From: Candidatus Latescibacterota bacterium | GTDB taxonomy: Bacteria; Latescibacterota; UBA2968; GCA-2709665 | Direction of reading: 5' to 3' | DNA: 64,000 bases | Assembly: GCA_965116875.1 (NCBI GenBank) | Contig: OZ220733.1 | Location: 160,001 to 224,000 of the forward strand | Part shown: positions 37,763 through 47,272 of the stretch, in pieces | Layout: every line of letters begins with the position of its first letter | Numbering within the stretch: position 1 is the stretch's first letter | Program-made: the position numbers and the translations under genes | The notes under the pieces: model-generated | Database searches by the model: none | The model's input: the letters and a program-made list of their open reading frames with translations, nothing else | What the model was told of the DNA's origin: nothing

Positions 37763-38971
37763 TCAGACCAGATTCCCCTCCGCGCGACTGTTCGAACCCG
37801 TCACCACAACCGGTTCCCGCATCCCCACGCACATATTGCCGCCGATCAGGTTGTAGTCGCTGGACCCGCTCTCCACGATGCCACAGGTCTGCGTGGGAAC
37901 CGTCTGATCGTCGGCGCATCGGTTTCCCCGCACAATCGTCCGGTCCAGGTCATGCATCCGGATCCCGGGCCATCGACCCGGCGCTTCCTGCGAGTTGCTC
38001 AACAGCAGGTTTCCCGAAAGCAACTGCTCCTCGCCCCGGCTGGCGTCGATCCCGCTGCGTCCGTTGTAAGCGCAGACATTGTCGCTGACGATGTTATGAT
38101 GATCGCCTCCATTCGCCACCCCGCCGATACCGTGCTGACCGTTGCGCGAAAACACGCTGTCACTGCACACCGTATGGTGCACGCGGGCGCAGAAGAAGAA
38201 GCCGTCGCCGCCGTTGCCTTCGGCGATATTGTGGGACCAGACGCTTGCTCGCAGGGTTGTGCCGGGATGAAACCCGTGACCGCGGCACCCGTGCGCCTGG
38301 CATTGCATCACCTGGACGTCGCTGCCTCGTTGGATCCCGAAGCCGTCGCTGGGCCAGTCCGACACCGTGCAATTCACCACTCTCACGCGCCGGCATCCAA
38401 CCAGATGGACCGCCGCGTACGTAAAATCCCACCAGGGTCCCCGGTACTGTTCCGGACCCCGTATGGTCAGGCCCTGAATCTCGATATCGACCTTATGCAG
38501 TGCGTAAATCGCCGGAAAGAGGCGCACGGCCCGCGCATTGTCCGCCACCCTCAAGTCCCGTTCCACCGGCGCGTCGATCCGTACACTGGCGCCGCTTCGC
38601 TCGAGTACGATGCCGTGGGTACCGTGCCAGCCGGTCTGCCGATCGTCGCACAGCCCGACAGCGTCGCCCTCCCGGAAGGGCGGGCGCGTGCTGCAATCGA
38701 ACTCGTTCCCGCCCTCGTGTACGTCTTGCTTCAGAGCGACCGACTCCGGGGGCCGTATCGCCAGGACGGTTGCGGGCCCATCGCCGATCAGGCTCACGCT
38801 ACCGGGCAGATCAATCGACTGCCGCAACAGGTAGGCGCCCGCGGGCGCGCGGACCCGTCCTCCATCGGGAGGCAGAGACGCGATCGCGTCGGCAATCCCG
38901 CACGTGGGTGATTCCGGATCGTAGAAATCCGCGACATTGACTTCGCCGCGGGGTCCCGGCGACTCTGCCAT
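37763..38971 (-). CDS. Right-handed parallel beta-helix (pectin lyase-like) protein
   Basis: IADAIASLP..GGRV..PAGAY N-terminus; repeated NGxDG/NGxHG turns; no signal peptide. Confidence 0.75.
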   Translation of the reverse strand: MAESPGPRGEVNVADFYDPESPTCGIADAIASLPPDGGRVRAPAGAYLLRQSIDLPGSVSLIGDGPATVLAIRPPESVALKQDVHEGGNEFDCSTRPPFREGDAVGLCDDRQTGWHGTHGIVLERSGASVRIDAPVERDLRVADNARAVRLFPAIYALHKVDIEIQGLTIRGPEQYRGPWWDFTYAAVHLVGCRRVRVVNCTVSDWPSDGFGIQRGSDVQVMQCQAHGCRGHGFHPGTTLRASVWSHNIAEGNGGDGFFFCARVHHTVCSDSVFSRNGQHGIGGVANGGDHHNIVSDNVCAYNGRSGIDASRGEEQLLSGNLLLSNSQEAPGRWPGIRMHDLDRTIVRGNRCADDQTVPTQTCGIVESGSSDYNLIGGNMCVGMREPVVVTGSNSRAEGNLV

Positions 38972-39032
38972 GACGGTCCTCCCCTTCGATCGACGGCATC
39001 CGATACCGCACCCCACACCCTGGACTGCACGC

Positions 39033-39761
39033 TCAGACCGCCGGCGGCTCCAGAAGGACCGTCACGCCCATATCCAGGTATTTCGAACGATGTTCCGCCG
39101 CGGCGATCCGGTGACACACGGCCACGCCGGTTCCCCGGAGAGACCTTGCCACGTAAGCCACGGCGTCATCGACCGACTTCAGGGCGTGATTGGGGTGCGA
39201 TCTGAGGTTGAACGCCAGGTCGGTGGGTCCGAACGAAAGGCAATCCACACCGGGCCTGGCCAGAAAATGCGCCCGGGTCGCGGCCTCCACCGACTCGACC
39301 TGCAGCCACAGCACACCGTATGCGTTCCACCAGTGCGCATATTCGAAAGGATCGGTGTACGTCGACGCACCGCGCCGCGATCGTCCGCCAATGCTCCGTA
39401 TCCCCGCCTGCGGATAGTAGAACGCGTTCACCGCCTCGATCGCCGTCTCGTCCGTCTCCGTCTGCGGCACCTCGATTCCACACGGTCCGAGATCCAGGTA
39501 ATTCCCGATGAGGTACGCGTTCCTCGTGTGTTTGATGCGGAACTGAACGAATACGTCCAATTCCTCAGCGATGCCGCAGAATTCCTCCAATCGCTCTTCA
39601 TTGAGCGCCGAATGCTGGCTGTCCGTCGATACGAAATCGTACGGTCCGCTGTCCATCACCTGCAGGAAACGCTCCCGGGTCGCATTCAGCGGCAGCATGG
39701 TACCGACGATCCGCTCTCCATCGCGAATCCTTTTCTTCAGTCCAACAGCGTTTTCGAACAT
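39033..39761 (-). CDS. HpcH/HpaI aldolase / citrate lyase family protein
   Basis: DSQHS, YYPQAGIRS, QVESVE, FGPTDL. Confidence 0.82.
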   Translation of the reverse strand: MFENAVGLKKRIRDGERIVGTMLPLNATRERFLQVMDSGPYDFVSTDSQHSALNEERLEEFCGIAEELDVFVQFRIKHTRNAYLIGNYLDLGPCGIEVPQTETDETAIEAVNAFYYPQAGIRSIGGRSRRGASTYTDPFEYAHWWNAYGVLWLQVESVEAATRAHFLARPGVDCLSFGPTDLAFNLRSHPNHALKSVDDAVAYVARSLRGTGVAVCHRIAAAEHRSKYLDMGVTVLLEPPAV

Positions 39762-39927
39762 TGTACCTCCACCATTATCGGGGTTCACGGGGCGAAAAAG
39801 CGTAAATTATCGCGGGGAGCGTGGAAAATTCGCTGTTTTTCCGTTGGTAGGGTCAGGATAACTTTCTATATTTGGTTTTAGAGGAAATAACTCGAACCGA
39901 AAGTCCCAACAGATCGGAGACACGCTT

Positions 39928-40158
39928 ATGGCAACCGCAACACCCGCCGACGCCGATTTTGACAATCGCCTGTCCGCCGTTGAATCCCGCCTGTCACGCC
40001 TGGAGGGAATCGTTGAGCAGATGGACAAACGCTTGACGGCCATCGAGCAGCGCCTTGCCAGCCTGGACTCACGCGTCGAGTCCGGTTTCCGCTGGATTAT
40101 CGGTATCCAGTTCACAACGCTTGTAGCGCTTGGCACGCTGATTCTCGTCAAGCTGTAA
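39928..40158 (+). CDS. Small coiled-coil protein with C-terminal membrane anchor
   Basis: Heptad RLxxxE repeats then FRWIIGIQFTTLVALGTLILVKL; GGAG RBS. Confidence 0.75.
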   Translation: MATATPADADFDNRLSAVESRLSRLEGIVEQMDKRLTAIEQRLASLDSRVESGFRWIIGIQFTTLVALGTLILVKL

Positions 40159-40288
40159 CTCCCATATCGCCGCCGTCACGGCGGGGGATGCCGTCGCGCA
40201 CCGTTTGCGGCAGGTCCTCATCGTCCCCGTTTTCGCCCGTCTTCAGGATTCGGTGTCGCGGGTGGTCGCAGATCGACCTTCCTCGCCG

Positions 40289-41530
40289 TCAGCGCAAGTC
40301 TGCCGCGTGCGTTCTCACCTTCTCAAACGCCCTGCAAAGATCCGTCATCTTCGCTTCGGAGGCGAGCAGCACCGTCTGGGACAGCCAGATCCGGTCTTTA
40401 CAGGCCGCTTCCACGTTCGGCAGATGAAGACTTCGATAGTCGGGCGCTTCATCCATCGTGGTCCAGGCGTAGGGTCTGTACGCGCCGGCCTTCCAGTCGT
40501 TCTGAAATACGGGATTCCGATAGACCGGCTCGGTATAGCCTCCACTGGCGGGCACCCCTTCCGCTCTGAGCGCCTGAAGGAACCGCTCCCGGGATACCCC
40601 GTCGAATTCCTCCGGTTCGTACCTGGCGCTGAAAATGTGCCAGCTCGCTCTTGTCGCTTCAGGAAGTCTTTCGACCGGCTCGACGCCGTCGAGCCGCGAC
40701 AGCGTCCGGGTCAGCATCGCGGCATTCTGTTCCCGGATATCCGTCTGCCTTTCAACGCGCTCCAGCTGGCACAACAGGATCGCGGCCGAAAAATCCGTCA
40801 TTCGATGGTTGCCGCCCCATCGGTGACCCTCGGGCACACGGTCGAACCGGGACTGTCCCGAGTTGATCACGCAGTTCATCCGGTCGGCCACGTCTTCGTC
40901 GTTCGTCAGCGCGATGCCGCCTTCTCCGGAAGTGATATTCTTGCTTCGCTGAAAACTGAAGCCCGATGCCAGGCCCCAACTTCCCAGCCCCCGGCCTATA
41001 TACGACGCCCCCCAGCCGTGGCAGGCGTCTTCCAGCACGACGAGATCGTGGCGATCCGCAATGCTCAGGATTCGCCGCATATCACACGCCAGGCCGCCGA
41101 AATGCACCACCATGATCGCCTTCGTTCGGGGGGTAATCGCCGCTTCAATCGCATCGGGGTCGATATTGTCCGAATTCGGAGCGATGTCCGCAAAGGTCAC
41201 CGTCGCTCCCGCGGCCAGAATTCCCATACAGGTGCCATGGAACGTATACGGACTGGTGATCACTTCGTCTCCAATGCCGATCTGTGCGCCCCGGCACGCA
41301 GCTTCCAGCGCATTGGTGCCCCCGTTGCAAACCACCCCGTATGCGGCATCCTGAAAACAGGCGAATTTCTCCTCGAATTCCTGACACCTGGGGCCATGGT
41401 TCCAGTTCCGGCTGCGCAACACCTCCAGCAACATGGTCTCTTCAGTCTCGTCGAACTGCGGCCAGGGATCCGCAATCCGCTGCGCAAGCTCGGGCTCTCC
41501 GCCAAACAATGCGAGTCGGTTGGACATCAC
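40289..41530 (-). CDS. DegT/DnrJ/EryC1/StrS PLP aminotransferase
   Basis: NGGTNAL, VHFGG, EDACH, FSFQRSKNITSGEGG. Confidence 0.9.
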   Translation of the reverse strand: MMSNRLALFGGEPELAQRIADPWPQFDETEETMLLEVLRSRNWNHGPRCQEFEEKFACFQDAAYGVVCNGGTNALEAACRGAQIGIGDEVITSPYTFHGTCMGILAAGATVTFADIAPNSDNIDPDAIEAAITPRTKAIMVVHFGGLACDMRRILSIADRHDLVVLEDACHGWGASYIGRGLGSWGLASGFSFQRSKNITSGEGGIALTNDEDVADRMNCVINSGQSRFDRVPEGHRWGGNHRMTDFSAAILLCQLERVERQTDIREQNAAMLTRTLSRLDGVEPVERLPEATRASWHIFSARYEPEEFDGVSRERFLQALRAEGVPASGGYTEPVYRNPVFQNDWKAGAYRPYAWTTMDEAPDYRSLHLPNVEAACKDRIWLSQTVLLASEAKMTDLCRAFEKVRTHAADLR

Positions 41531-41629
41531 GCGCCTTCAGGAAAGAAAAATCAGCGTTGCGTAACGGGCAGGGCGGACATAGATTTCAAGGCGCCGTAAA
41601 TCAAACGTCATTTCAAACGGAGCCTATTC

Positions 41630-42253
41630 ATGAAAGTCGAAATCAGCAGCCGGTCCACGCCGTACGAATTCCATTCGCCCCACGGGCGCGTGCCTTTCCG
41701 CATGGAAGAAGCCATGGTTTCGCACGAGCGTTTCGACGGCCGGATGAGCCCCGCGGTCAAACGGGTGCATTTCAGCCGGGGCGACAGCGTTGCAGTGCTC
41801 CTGTACGCGAGAGAAACCGACGAAGTCGTCCTCGTCGAGCAGTTCCGCTATCCCGTGTATGCGGGTTATCCTGAATCGGAACGGGACGGCAAGGGCTGGA
41901 TTTTGGAAACCGTCGCGGGCATCAAGGATGCGCGTGGACCGGATGTTGCCAGGCGCGAGATACTCGAAGAGACCGGATACGCCCTGCAAGGCGCGCTGGA
42001 ACATCTCACCACCGTCTACGTAAGCCCCGGAGGCACGTCGGAACGCACCGAACTCTATCTCGCCCGCGTGAACAGGCTTGAGGGCATCCGCAAGCACGCA
42101 GGGCTGGAATCCGAAACAGAAGACATCCGTCCGCACGCCATTCCATTCGCGGAAGCCCTCCGCATGGTTGCCGACGGACGCATCGTCGACTCGAAGACGG
42201 TGATTGCGCTGTACATGCTCAAAGAGCGGCTGGATGGAAGGCGCGAGGCGTAA
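41630..42253 (+). CDS. NUDIX hydrolase (ADP-ribose / NDP-sugar pyrophosphatase-like)
   Basis: VEQFRYP, ETVAG..ARREILEETGY, SPGGTSE. Confidence 0.88.
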   Translation: MKVEISSRSTPYEFHSPHGRVPFRMEEAMVSHERFDGRMSPAVKRVHFSRGDSVAVLLYARETDEVVLVEQFRYPVYAGYPESERDGKGWILETVAGIKDARGPDVARREILEETGYALQGALEHLTTVYVSPGGTSERTELYLARVNRLEGIRKHAGLESETEDIRPHAIPFAEALRMVADGRIVDSKTVIALYMLKERLDGRREA

Positions 42254-42265
42254 CGGAACTGCACG

Positions 42266-43693
42266 TCACAGCAGCCGGCCCTTCCGCACACTGCCGGCTT
42301 CAGGGTACCGCTCGGCCAACGCATCCACCGCATTCACGAATCCTTCCGCCTGCGTCTCCGCCTGCCCCACGAAGCGTTCGCTGTCACCCAGGATGTCCTC
42401 GATCTCGTCCGCGGCAAGCGGAATCCGGCTGTCATCTCCAAGGCGCTGCACGAGGTCGTTTTTCTCCCGGCCCTCCTCGCGCATTTCCAGCGCCGCGGCT
42501 ACCGCGTGCTCCTTCAGCGCGTCATGGACCTGTTCGCGTCCGGCGCCTCGCTGGACGGATGCCATCAACAGCGTGGTTGTGGCAAGAAACGGCATATACC
42601 TGGTCAGTTCATTCCGAATGACCGCCTCATAGACGCCCATTTCGTCCAGCACGTGCAGCGTCGTTTCCAGCATCCCGTCAAATGCGAATATGGCGTCGGG
42701 CAGCGCCACGCGGCGCACCACCGAGCAGGACACGTCGCCTTCGAACCACTGGTCGCCGACGAGTCCGCCGACCATATGTACGTATCCGCCGAGAAGCACC
42801 TGAAAGCCGTTGATCCGCTCGGAGCTCCGCGTATTCATCTTGTGGGGCATGGCTGATGAACCCACCTGGCCCTTCGCGAATCCCTCGGTTGCGATCTCGG
42901 CGCCAGCCATCAATCGCAACGTGCGTGAGAGATTGGCGATACCCCCACCCATCTGGTAGAAGCAGCTGATCACTTCGAAATCCAGACCCCTCGGATACAC
43001 CTGCCCCGCCGCGTTCAGCTCGCGCCCGAACCCCAGGTAGACCCGGACTTCCTGCTGGAGGGCTTCCAGTTTCCGATGATCGCCGTCTACGAGTGTCAAC
43101 TGGTCCAGCGAAGTCCCCACCGCGCCTTTCAGCCCCCGCAGCGGGTAGTTCTCTACGAGGTGCTCAAATCGCCCGAACGCGTGCAGCATTTCCTCGCCGA
43201 ACATGGCAAATCGCTTACCCACCGTTGTCGGTTGAGCCACGGCATGATGTGTGCGGCCGACAATGGGCATCGCCTTCCATTCCCGCACCCGACGGCCAAG
43301 CCGCATCAGCACCGCCACGTACTTGGTCGCCAGGGGCCGTAGCGAGCGCAACACCTGAAACTGCTCCACGTTGTCCGTGAGGTCCCGGCTGGTCATCCCC
43401 TTGTGTATATGCTCGTATCCGGCCAGCTCACAGAATTCTTCGATGCGTGCTTTCACGTCGTGCCGGGACCGGGCTTCCCGGCGCTGAATCGAGTCCAGGT
43501 CAACGCGATCCACAACCTCCTCATAGGCGCGTATCGCCTCCTCCGGCACATCCAGCCCCAGTTTTCGCTGGGCCTTCATCACCGCGATCCAGAACCGCCG
43601 TTCCAGCACGATTCGCCCCTCTTCCGACCAGATTTCCCTGATTTCCGAACTCGCGTACCGGCCGGCCAGAACGTTTGGTATATTGTCCGACAT
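42266..43693 (-). CDS. purB: Adenylosuccinate lyase
   Basis: RHDVKA, HKGMTSRD, GSSAMPHKMN signature. Confidence 0.93.
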   Translation of the reverse strand: MSDNIPNVLAGRYASSEIREIWSEEGRIVLERRFWIAVMKAQRKLGLDVPEEAIRAYEEVVDRVDLDSIQRREARSRHDVKARIEEFCELAGYEHIHKGMTSRDLTDNVEQFQVLRSLRPLATKYVAVLMRLGRRVREWKAMPIVGRTHHAVAQPTTVGKRFAMFGEEMLHAFGRFEHLVENYPLRGLKGAVGTSLDQLTLVDGDHRKLEALQQEVRVYLGFGRELNAAGQVYPRGLDFEVISCFYQMGGGIANLSRTLRLMAGAEIATEGFAKGQVGSSAMPHKMNTRSSERINGFQVLLGGYVHMVGGLVGDQWFEGDVSCSVVRRVALPDAIFAFDGMLETTLHVLDEMGVYEAVIRNELTRYMPFLATTTLLMASVQRGAGREQVHDALKEHAVAAALEMREEGREKNDLVQRLGDDSRIPLAADEIEDILGDSERFVGQAETQAEGFVNAVDALAERYPEAGSVRKGRLL

Positions 43694-43731
43694 CTCTCCG
43701 CCTGCTTTCGTTTTCCGGTGATTCGCCGATG

Positions 43732-44784
43732 TCACTCGACCGCTTCTCCGCGAGCCGGTTCCGACGGCTCGACCTGCAAGATTTCATCGGCATAGGCGAA
43801 CAGGGCCGGCGTGCCGCCGGTATGCACGAACACCACCGTCTGTCCCTTCCCCCATTGACCTTCACGGATATGCCGGACCATCGCTCCGAACGCCTTGCCG
43901 GTGTACACGGGATCCAGAACAAGCGCCTCGGTGCGTGCGGCCAGGACTACCGCTTCCCGGCCCGCGTCAGTCAGCGTTCCATACGCCTCGCCCGCAAAGG
44001 CGCCGTAGCTCTCGAAATCGTCTCCTGTGAACGACAGGTCCAGCCCCAGCATTTCGGCCACCCTGTTCGCCACGTCGGCGAGGTTCGCCGTGTCCTCCTC
44101 GTCATCCTGGGGACTGGGACTGATCCCGACGACGCGGAGCGGAACCCCCAGCGCGCGGGCGCCCACGACCAGCCCCACGTGCGTATGCACCCCCGAGCAG
44201 AGATAAAGCCCGTCCGGTCGTATTTCACGCTCCTGAAGCTGTTCCCACATTTCCAGAAATCCGTCGACGTAGGAGATGCTTCGCAGATAATATCCGTCCG
44301 TACTCGTATTGTAGACCCGTTGACCCTCCGCCTTCAGGCGCTCGATGACCCGCTCTTTCTCTTCCGGATTCTCGACGAGGTGGACCTCGGCGCCGAACAA
44401 ATGGGCAAGGAGCAGGTTTCCGTTCACCGGATGGGAATGCGCGTCCCTCCGTCCGACCATGACGGCCTTCAGCCCGAACCGCGCCGCCATCGCCGCGGTC
44501 ACGCGGGACTGATTCGACTGGGACGCCGCCCCGTGCAACAGAACGTCGTAGCCCTCCCGGATCGCCGGCGCAATCGAATACTCGAACTCCCGGATCTTGT
44601 TTCCCCCAAAGGCCATGCCGGTCAGATCCTCCCGCTTGACCAGAATCCGGGGTCCTCCCAGCTTTTCCGAGAGCCGGGGGCACTCCAGGAGCGGTGTTGG
44701 CAGGTCTGCCAGCGACAGGCGGGAAAAACGATCCAGGCGCTCCTTCAACGCTTCGGGTGCAACCACGGGCTTCACAACCGCCAT
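43732..44784 (-). CDS. D-cysteine desulfhydrase / ACC deaminase family PLP enzyme
   Basis: KREDLTGMAFGGNKIR, QSNQ, LDPVYTGKA, HTGG. Confidence 0.88.
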   Translation of the reverse strand: MAVVKPVVAPEALKERLDRFSRLSLADLPTPLLECPRLSEKLGGPRILVKREDLTGMAFGGNKIREFEYSIAPAIREGYDVLLHGAASQSNQSRVTAAMAARFGLKAVMVGRRDAHSHPVNGNLLLAHLFGAEVHLVENPEEKERVIERLKAEGQRVYNTSTDGYYLRSISYVDGFLEMWEQLQEREIRPDGLYLCSGVHTHVGLVVGARALGVPLRVVGISPSPQDDEEDTANLADVANRVAEMLGLDLSFTGDDFESYGAFAGEAYGTLTDAGREAVVLAARTEALVLDPVYTGKAFGAMVRHIREGQWGKGQTVVFVHTGGTPALFAYADEILQVEPSEPARGEAVE

Positions 44785-44873
44785 TCGAGCACCTTTCCTT
44801 CACTCCGTGAATTCCTCGGGTTCCCGCGACTGCCAGCAAATATAGTCTCCGGAAATATCAGACGCAATGACTA

Positions 44874-45035
44874 TCAGTCCGTTGATAAAGTCGCTCTGCA
44901 GGCGAGGCCGAGCCATTGTGGTCGAAGACAAGGCGCGCAACCGAGTCCCATCCCTCGATTCGGCGAGGGCGCGCAACGCAGTATTTCGACCGCAAGGGCC
45001 GGCCGCAGCGCGGATGGGCTTTTTCAACGGGCTGC
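44874..45035 (-). mobile_element. Second full-length MITE copy, inverted relative to 31161-31321
   Basis: Reverse-complement match along the whole length; TA on both sides. Confidence 0.8.
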
Positions 45036-45056
45036 TATCCCCGAGGCGCCAATGAA

Positions 45057-45085
45057 AACCCCGCCGGAGCGGGGCCGGCGGGGTT
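45057..45085 (-). terminator. GC hairpin downstream of arsC
   Basis: aaccccgccgg / ccggcggggtt inverted repeat. Confidence 0.55.
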
Positions 45086-45129
45086 CAATTCCCGGATCTG
45101 TCAACGCGGCGTCTCTGGTGTCCTGTTCC

Positions 45130-45480
45130 TCAAAGAATCTCCAGTACGTTTTCCGGCGGTCGACCCACCCTTGCCCGGTCGCCGTTGAGAACGATCGGCC
45201 GCTCGATCAGGATGGGATGTTCCGCCATCGCCCGGATCAGCGTCTTCGGCTCGTCCGTCTTTTCGTGGAGGCCAAGCGCCCGGAATTCATCCTCCTTCGT
45301 TCGTACCAGGTCCAGCGGCTGGATTCCCAGCATGTCCAGAATGCCGGAGAGCGTCTGCTCGTCCGGGGGCGTTTTCAGGTATTCGACGATTCTTGGCTCG
45401 ATACCACGCCCTCTCAGAAGGTTCAACGTCTCCCTGCTCTTGCTGCATCTCGGATTGTGGTACATCACGATATCGCTCAC
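45130..45480 (-). CDS. arsC: Arsenate reductase (glutaredoxin-dependent ArsC family)
   Basis: YHNPRCSKSR, ILIERPIV, GRPPE. Confidence 0.9.
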   Translation of the reverse strand: MSDIVMYHNPRCSKSRETLNLLRGRGIEPRIVEYLKTPPDEQTLSGILDMLGIQPLDLVRTKEDEFRALGLHEKTDEPKTLIRAMAEHPILIERPIVLNGDRARVGRPPENVLEIL

Positions 45481-45497
45481 GAAAGCCTCCTCCGTTT

Positions 45498-47201
45498 TCA
45501 GGGAATCACCGGCAAAATCACGCGGGACGGCCGGTTCCCATCGTGGAAAATCCGCTGATGCGCGGTCTGCAGGGCCGTCTCGCGGTAATCGTCGCCACCG
45601 GTATTGTGGTTCCGGTTGAAGTTCGGAAAATCACTGCTGGAAACGTCCAGCCGGATGCGGTGCCCCTTTTTGAACAGATTGCTGGTCGGATTCACTTGAA
45701 TCGTGTATTCGTACACCCTTTCGGGTTCGATTAACGACGGGTTATCGAAAGACTCGCGATACCGGGCGCGCACGATGCCATGACACAGTTCCTGGACGAA
45801 TCCGTCGGGCCATACGTCCATCAGCTTGACGACAAAGTCCGTATCGCGGGCCGACGACGACGCAAACAGACGCACTTCGACCGGTCCGGTCACCTCCATG
45901 GGAGCGCCCAGCGGCGGGGTCATATACACCATGACGTCGCGGCGTCCGTTTAGGGCCCGCTGGTCCATTGGCGCATGCTGGCCGCCCGGGGTGTAGAGGG
46001 TCATTAAAGGGTCTCTCGGATCGTAATCGTACGTGTCCGGCGTTTCCTCCCCGGGAGGCTCCACGGAAAGGCATCCCGCGCCCGCCGGCAGGTCCGCGTG
46101 GCCCGAACTGTGCAGATAGAACGGCGTATACACCGTTCGTTGCAGCGGCCATTCCCGCTCGCCGCGCCAGGTATTGGCTCCCATCACGAACAGTTGCAGC
46201 GGCGGCCAGTCCGCGGCCTCGCTCCGTCCCCCTTTGAGCCAGCGCGTAAACCACGCGTCCGCGATCTGGTAGAAATCCCGCACGGATTCCGGGCCGAAGT
46301 CCACCTCACCCACATGGCGTCCGAGGTCCAGGAGCGTGTGGGTCCAGGGCCCGACGATCATGTACTGATTCTGCCTGGCGCGTTCGCTCCCCCCGTTCTT
46401 GCGCATTCCCGTAAAGTGCTTCAAGATGCCGATCTGCTGATCGTACCATCCCGCCGTACCCAGAACGGGAACCTCCACGCGCCGGTGTTTCTTCTGAAAG
46501 CCGAAGTGGTCCGCCGCATGGTCCGCGAGCCACCGCCGCCAGTGCCTGCCCATCCCCCGCATCACATCCTCCGGAACGTCCATCAGCGGCAGATACCATA
46601 GCCATTTGCTGCGGTCGCGGTCCTGCCAGAGCCGGGACGCGTCCTCCTTGGCCTTCTCCTTCCACGTATGACCCGCCCTGCGCGCTGTATCCACCGACAG
46701 ATTGTTGATCGTCCAGTCCATCACGCGGCCGAGGCGAAGCACGCCGCTCAGTTCCCTGTCCAGCAGGTTCGCCGCAATCCCGCCCGCAAGCATCGCCACC
46801 AGATTCGGCGGCCGCGTGTGCGCGAGTTCCCACTGTGTCCACCCGTCGTACGAATTTCCGAACGTGCCCACCCTGCCGTCGGACCAGGGCAGTCCCGCCG
46901 CCCACGCGACCGAATCGAAGCCGTCCTCCGAGTCTCGGTGATCGGCGCTGAAGAATCCGGGTTGAAACGCTCCGTCCGAAGCATACCGCCCGCGCACGTC
47001 CTGCATGACCACGACGTACCCGCGCTCGGCCATTTCCGCGCCGATCTCAAGCTGTTTCTCATCTCCCTTGTCGTAGGGCGTCCGGCAAAGCAGCACCGGA
47101 AACCGCCCCGGCCCGTCGGGCCGGTACACGTCGGCGCGGAGCACCGTGCCGTCCCGCATCACTGCCTGCAGATCGCTGTCCTTTACCGTTGGATAAGACA
47201 T
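45498..47201 (-). CDS. CocE/NonD family hydrolase
   Basis: MRDGTVLRADVYRP, RTPY, GNSYDG nucleophile elbow, GPWTH, SSSDFPNF. Confidence 0.9.
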   Translation of the reverse strand: MSYPTVKDSDLQAVMRDGTVLRADVYRPDGPGRFPVLLCRTPYDKGDEKQLEIGAEMAERGYVVVMQDVRGRYASDGAFQPGFFSADHRDSEDGFDSVAWAAGLPWSDGRVGTFGNSYDGWTQWELAHTRPPNLVAMLAGGIAANLLDRELSGVLRLGRVMDWTINNLSVDTARRAGHTWKEKAKEDASRLWQDRDRSKWLWYLPLMDVPEDVMRGMGRHWRRWLADHAADHFGFQKKHRRVEVPVLGTAGWYDQQIGILKHFTGMRKNGGSERARQNQYMIVGPWTHTLLDLGRHVGEVDFGPESVRDFYQIADAWFTRWLKGGRSEAADWPPLQLFVMGANTWRGEREWPLQRTVYTPFYLHSSGHADLPAGAGCLSVEPPGEETPDTYDYDPRDPLMTLYTPGGQHAPMDQRALNGRRDVMVYMTPPLGAPMEVTGPVEVRLFASSSARDTDFVVKLMDVWPDGFVQELCHGIVRARYRESFDNPSLIEPERVYEYTIQVNPTSNLFKKGHRIRLDVSSSDFPNFNRNHNTGGDDYRETALQTAHQRIFHDGNRPSRVILPVIP

Positions 47202-47272
47202 TCGCGTCTTCCCGTTCCCCGGTTGGCGGGACCGAATCGCAAAAGCCTGAATCGACCCTGGCCGGGCGACAA

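Noticed and set aside
45130-45480. ArsC or other local redox proteins as selenoproteins
   Set aside because: The catalytic residues are Cys codons, and I found no in-frame UGA with continuing homology.
40205-45558. Long plus-strand ORFs 40205..41599 and 43675..45558 (also 13070..14431)
   Set aside because: Antisense to well-supported genes, with no recognisable protein features.
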